From NCBI GenBank assembly GCA_051532035.1, contig JAOPTW010000015.1, positions 128,001 to 192,000 of the forward strand: DNA of 64,000 nucleotides. Reading direction: 5' to 3'. The notes beneath the pieces are model-generated. The model ran no database searches and was not told the DNA's origin. It worked only from the letters and a program-made list of their open reading frames with translations. The translations under genes and the position numbers were made by a program. This stretch comes from Fibrobacterales bacterium (lineage in GTDB: Bacteria; Fibrobacterota; Fibrobacteria; Fibrobacterales; JAOPTW01). The number at the start of each line of letters is the position of its first letter. Position 1 is the first letter of the stretch. This document shows positions 59,863 through 64,000 of the stretch, piece by piece.

Positions 59863-62220
59863 CTACTCTAATTTATTCGCTAAACTATCATAAAGGACAC
59901 GAGCTTCTTCACTCGATATTGCCCGATTCCAAAGCTGCATTTCATCTAGCATTCCATCATACATAGCCCAGTGATAACCAGTATATCGTCCAGAAACCTG
60001 AAAAGGATTATTCACGTCACTATGAATTAATTGACCTTTTAAAGAGTTTTGACTTTCAAATGCAATACCATCAACATACAATTTTGCTCTCCTTGCTCCC
60101 ATGTCAGAGTATACCGCAACAACATGGTGCCAATTTAGATCTCTATTCATTGCCCCATATACTAGAGAACCACCCTCAGAACCATCCATTGAGAAAACCA
60201 TATACTTTGTGCGGGGGTACACCCCAATACAGCCATGACCCATTATTACATTCTGGAAAATAGTACCCCATAGAAAACCTGATGGAGCAATAATGAATGA
60301 AATAGAAAACTCCTCTAAGCTTGAACGATCAAGTTTTCCAAAGTTAAGATACGCCCCATCTCCACTCATTGACAATGCATTCCCAATGGGGCCACTCACA
60401 ACGTTTACATCACCTACTGCTCGACCAACCAAACTATTATCAACAGAATTAATAAAATCCATGGTATCTATTACTTGTATAGTAGAAGAATCAAAAGGGG
60501 CAGGATTAATTGTATTGTCAAATGATAACGCCATAACCCTCCCTTTCGCTAATCCATCATCGTTCATCATTAACAGTTTCCTTCTATTCAAAGGCAAAAT
60601 CAAACCATTATCAGCCCATTCAGCGATAAACTGATCTACAATTTCATGTGCCCCCTTAGCCCCAGCCATACTCATTACCTCTCCGGGCTTTGCAAATAGA
60701 GAATGCTCATCATGGCCACTATTGAGAATAAAGTCGTCAAAGTCATATGCTACATAATCTTTATTCTGCATGTATATTGGGCCAGGGGTATAAAAAATAT
60801 TGTAATCCGAATAAGTATTTCTGTTTTGATAACATGCGAGCCAAAATATTTTGTCTTCTCCAGCATACATTACATTGTTATTAAAAGTAACCCAGCCAGT
60901 TTTTTCTTCAGCACTATAGCGAATCCCTGCCCCCCCATAAGAATGCAAGCCACAGGTCACTGGCCATTGATCTTCCAAAAGCCACATATTATTTTCAAAA
61001 GATATATCATAGGGACTCGTTACCCACGCTCCTCCAATTGCCGCATTTTCTTTATTTCCTGACAGAAATATATTATTATGAACCGTAATATCTCCACCAT
61101 GAAAAGAGCCAAAACCACGAGCATTATGAAGCAGATTATACCTAACGGTATCTCCATAGTTTTCATTTGGGTCGTAAAAGTGGCCTGTAGAGTTATTGTC
61201 ATGGGCATAATTAAATTCAAGTACAACATTTAAACAGTTTTCAAAACCCGTAATACATTGATCACCATAAGTTGCTAATCCAAAAGGGGAATTTGCAACT
61301 TCTGAAAGATCATTACCACGAATAACAATATGATCTGTATATAATACATAAATTGAATTATTCCCTGTATTCCGAATACTATTATTGAGAATGTATATAT
61401 CTCTACTCGTTATGTTATTTTTCCAATTATGCTGCCCACCTGCGACTTTTATTCCTATTCCAAGCACCTCATAAATATTACAATTCTGGACAGTCACATT
61501 TTTAGAACTTTCAATAAAAATTCCATCCATCCCCTCTGTAATAGACAAATTTTCAACGACAATATATTCCGTATACCTTAGAGCAATTCCATTTCCAAAA
61601 AATTTACTTTCAGGATATACCGGCCTTTCACCATCCGGTGTTCGAACAATAAGTCTATCGGCATAGCCAAAAGGACCAAACGATCTAGCCTCCGTTAGAG
61701 TCGTATTTACAAAAGTAACAGCCTCTGTCGAATCTAATACATCATAATTTCCCACTATCATTCCCAAACTATCTCTTTTCACATTTACCTTACCTCGATA
61801 ATAAGCATCTCCTTTAACTCCCTGTAATACTGAGACCATATATCCTAAATCAGCGAGCCACACATCGTCAAACTGAGTGCCATCAAATTTCTCCCACTCA
61901 AGATTACGATACCCCGCATTTATGAGAGGATTAGCTCCACTCCCATATGAGCTGACAACTATTGGCTCTTCTTCTGTCCCTCGTAGCTGAATAAAGTGAA
62001 TCATTTCCCCAAACCATGCATCTCCTTTTTTAAATAAAATAGAATCTCCAGGTAGAACTACCCTTTTTCTATACACCATATAATTTAATCGGCTAATCGA
62101 TTTAATCGGCGCTTCTACTGAAGTGCCACTATTTGCATCATTACCCTCACTTTGAGATAGATAAATATTATTCGCATTAAGACACTCAGCAATGAGTAAA
62201 ATCAAGAGACAGTATTTCAT
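59863..62220 (-). CDS. Secreted right-handed parallel beta-helix protein with C-terminal LamG/concanavalin-like domain (paralog A)
   Basis: IYLSQSEGNDANSGTS..PGDSILFKKGDAW. LamG motifs WHHVVAVY..KLYVDG..GMLDEMQLWNRAIS. Confidence 0.82.
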   Translation of the reverse strand: MKYCLLILLIAECLNANNIYLSQSEGNDANSGTSVEAPIKSISRLNYMVYRKRVVLPGDSILFKKGDAWFGEMIHFIQLRGTEEEPIVVSSYGSGANPLINAGYRNLEWEKFDGTQFDDVWLADLGYMVSVLQGVKGDAYYRGKVNVKRDSLGMIVGNYDVLDSTEAVTFVNTTLTEARSFGPFGYADRLIVRTPDGERPVYPESKFFGNGIALRYTEYIVVENLSITEGMDGIFIESSKNVTVQNCNIYEVLGIGIKVAGGQHNWKNNITSRDIYILNNSIRNTGNNSIYVLYTDHIVIRGNDLSEVANSPFGLATYGDQCITGFENCLNVVLEFNYAHDNNSTGHFYDPNENYGDTVRYNLLHNARGFGSFHGGDITVHNNIFLSGNKENAAIGGAWVTSPYDISFENNMWLLEDQWPVTCGLHSYGGAGIRYSAEEKTGWVTFNNNVMYAGEDKIFWLACYQNRNTYSDYNIFYTPGPIYMQNKDYVAYDFDDFILNSGHDEHSLFAKPGEVMSMAGAKGAHEIVDQFIAEWADNGLILPLNRRKLLMMNDDGLAKGRVMALSFDNTINPAPFDSSTIQVIDTMDFINSVDNSLVGRAVGDVNVVSGPIGNALSMSGDGAYLNFGKLDRSSLEEFSISFIIAPSGFLWGTIFQNVIMGHGCIGVYPRTKYMVFSMDGSEGGSLVYGAMNRDLNWHHVVAVYSDMGARRAKLYVDGIAFESQNSLKGQLIHSDVNNPFQVSGRYTGYHWAMYDGMLDEMQLWNRAISSEEARVLYDSLANKLE

Positions 62221-62545
62221 ATTAACCTTTTACATCGTAACGACGCTTACATTAAACATACTCATCATTAATATAAACCATATATTTCAATGCGAAACAC
62301 ATTATTAGTGTATACCCTATGTATACACTAATAATTGTTATCTCTTTATGATAAAGTGTCAATTTAACGAATTATTTTACCTATCCTGCCGACTAAGCTC
62401 GCGGGTCATTGGAAATTTGAGATATTGCAGTGAAAAGCCGAGTACCTCAATAACTGACCCATATTTACCAAATATGAGGACTTCTACACTAAAACGATAA
62501 GTTACAAATTCTCTTCATTGCTACAAGGAGAAACAATACTACTCG

Positions 62546-63658
62546 TTATACTTCTCCAATTACATATCGCAATACTTTAAATCGAGTAAATATCATTTTT
62601 TTAAGCAATATTGACAAAATAAGCGCACACACAAATAGCACTAGAGCACCACGCCAGTCAACGAACCCAATTTTTTTAAACCACCATGTCATGATATAGA
62701 TAATTGGATGATGAAAAAGATAGATCGCAAAAGAGTCTTTTGATAGAATTTCAATAACCCCATTCATTTTAATGTATCGAGCCAATGATAGTATTGGGTA
62801 GACCATAGCCAAAGCAAATACCGAGTAAACACCTTCATATGAATAGTCGAATATAGACTGAAACACTACACTTTTAGTTCTCAATATCGATTCACCAAAA
62901 ACAAAAGTTGTATAAATACAAAAAGACATCAATACTATTTTATTAGATGTATTTCTTTGAAAAAGCTTTTGATTATTCTCAAAAACCATACCCAAAAAGA
63001 AAAAGGGGAGATATTTCATAAGATTTGTTGGGGAAACAAACGAGAACAAGTAGTTATAAGGAACAAATTCTTTATAGAGCTTGGAAAGAAAAAAAGCTAC
63101 CACAATTAAAAACAGCGCAATAGTCATTACATAAAAAAGGTTTTGATATCGAGATATTCTACTAAATAAATTTTCTTTTCTTTTTATAAAAACAAATAGT
63201 AAATAGTATAAAAACAAAACATTTACATACCATAAATGCCCAATCCAGCCACCAAAAAAAAGATAATACTTCCAATGAAATAGCTGAATAGACTCAAAAA
63301 AAGAGCCTTCATTTTCCGTTGCAAACACAAACAGCATACTAATAAGTTGGTAGGTTGCCATACCAATAAAAGAGGGAACAAGAAGCCTTTTAAATCTGAG
63401 TAACATGTTTTTACTCGCTGAATATTTTTTTATTGAATAGCCTGCAAAATACCCAGATACCACAAAAAATAGATGCATTGTAAAGCCCGAAAGCCAAGTA
63501 TCAACGACCTTCATAATTGAACTAGGTTCTAGTGCAACTCCCCATTTCCCATGGTATGAGGCCATTGAATGAATAGCAACAACGCATATAATCAATAGTG
63601 CACGCAATATGTCAAATTCTAATAATCTATTAGATCCACTACTTTTCATAATACTCAC
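62546..63658 (-). CDS. Acyltransferase family 3 (membrane O-acyltransferase)
   Basis: RLLEFDILRA..VVAIH, MHLFFVVSGY, RFKRLLVP, HLWYV, SFAIYLFH. Confidence 0.9.
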   Translation of the reverse strand: MSIMKSSGSNRLLEFDILRALLIICVVAIHSMASYHGKWGVALEPSSIMKVVDTWLSGFTMHLFFVVSGYFAGYSIKKYSASKNMLLRFKRLLVPSFIGMATYQLISMLFVFATENEGSFFESIQLFHWKYYLFFGGWIGHLWYVNVLFLYYLLFVFIKRKENLFSRISRYQNLFYVMTIALFLIVVAFFLSKLYKEFVPYNYLFSFVSPTNLMKYLPFFFLGMVFENNQKLFQRNTSNKIVLMSFCIYTTFVFGESILRTKSVVFQSIFDYSYEGVYSVFALAMVYPILSLARYIKMNGVIEILSKDSFAIYLFHHPIIYIMTWWFKKIGFVDWRGALVLFVCALILSILLKKMIFTRFKVLRYVIGEV

Positions 63659-64000
63659 TTAAACCCTAACTTCACTTTTTTTAACCTTCAAATTTGAAGC
63701 AGTCAAAAGAGCATAGAGTGTTGGTGCATATTTATATAATAAAATAGCAATAGCAAAACTAAGTACAAAATTAAGAAGGGGAAACATTATGTTAGCTATG
63801 GGATATTCGTACAAAGGTTGCAAGAAATGCACTGTACATTGCTGTAATAAATTATGAAAGACATAAACAAAAATTGTAAAGTTCATTCCTATTTTTTGAA
63901 CTATTTCAGGAATGACAAACCCTTTGGAACCTAAAAGATAATTAGTAAAACAACAGCTAAATAATACTATCCCAATTGTAAACTGATGTGAAGAAGGCTC
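63659..64000 (-). CDS. C-terminal part of a probable second acyltransferase-3 (begins outside the window)
   Basis: The frame is open to 64000: ..IVQKIGMNFTIFVYVFHNLL.. resembles the 'GxxSFxIYxxH' motif. Confidence 0.55.
   Translation of the reverse strand, partial: EPSSHQFTIGIVLFSCCFTNYLLGSKGFVIPEIVQKIGMNFTIFVYVFHNLLQQCTVHFLQPLYEYPIANIMFPLLNFVLSFAIAILLYKYAPTLYALLTASNLKVKKSEVRV

Overview
A 64 kb bacterial chromosomal segment of about 40% GC by eye. It is most likely Fibrobacterota (FCB group), inferred from a TIGR02147-family gene, poly-Ser 'SSS' linkers in secreted proteins and T9SS-like C-terminal tails. The first 34 kb is mostly housekeeping and signalling: a hybrid kinase, yigZ, rpsT, cysQ, an EAL/HDOD protein, a two-component system with a beta-propeller gene, metA, speA, serC, queF, hisS, a degenerate HD-GYP protein, nadD, pssA, gyrA, surE, pilD, a GGDEF protein, queD and rnr. 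The region from 35 to 64 kb is an accessory cell-surface and glycosylation region. It holds a TagF-like transferase, a split bacillosamine-type pglF/pglC/pglD/pglE pathway, a GtrB-like GT2, an omptin, an LruC lipoprotein, two tandem M64 metallopeptidases, a UDP-glucuronate epimerase and two GT-C transferases. It ends in an AT-rich island with two paralogous beta-helix proteins and acyltransferase-3 genes. No rRNA, tRNA, CRISPR array or intact transposase was seen. The most notable observations are a three-copy modular structured intergenic repeat, Bacteroidetes-type TAnnTTTG promoter elements with apparent leaderless genes, the beta-helix paralog pair, and a possible lipid-linked glycosylation system beside Ser-rich secreted proteins. 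All family calls come from motif recognition by eye; no searches were run.
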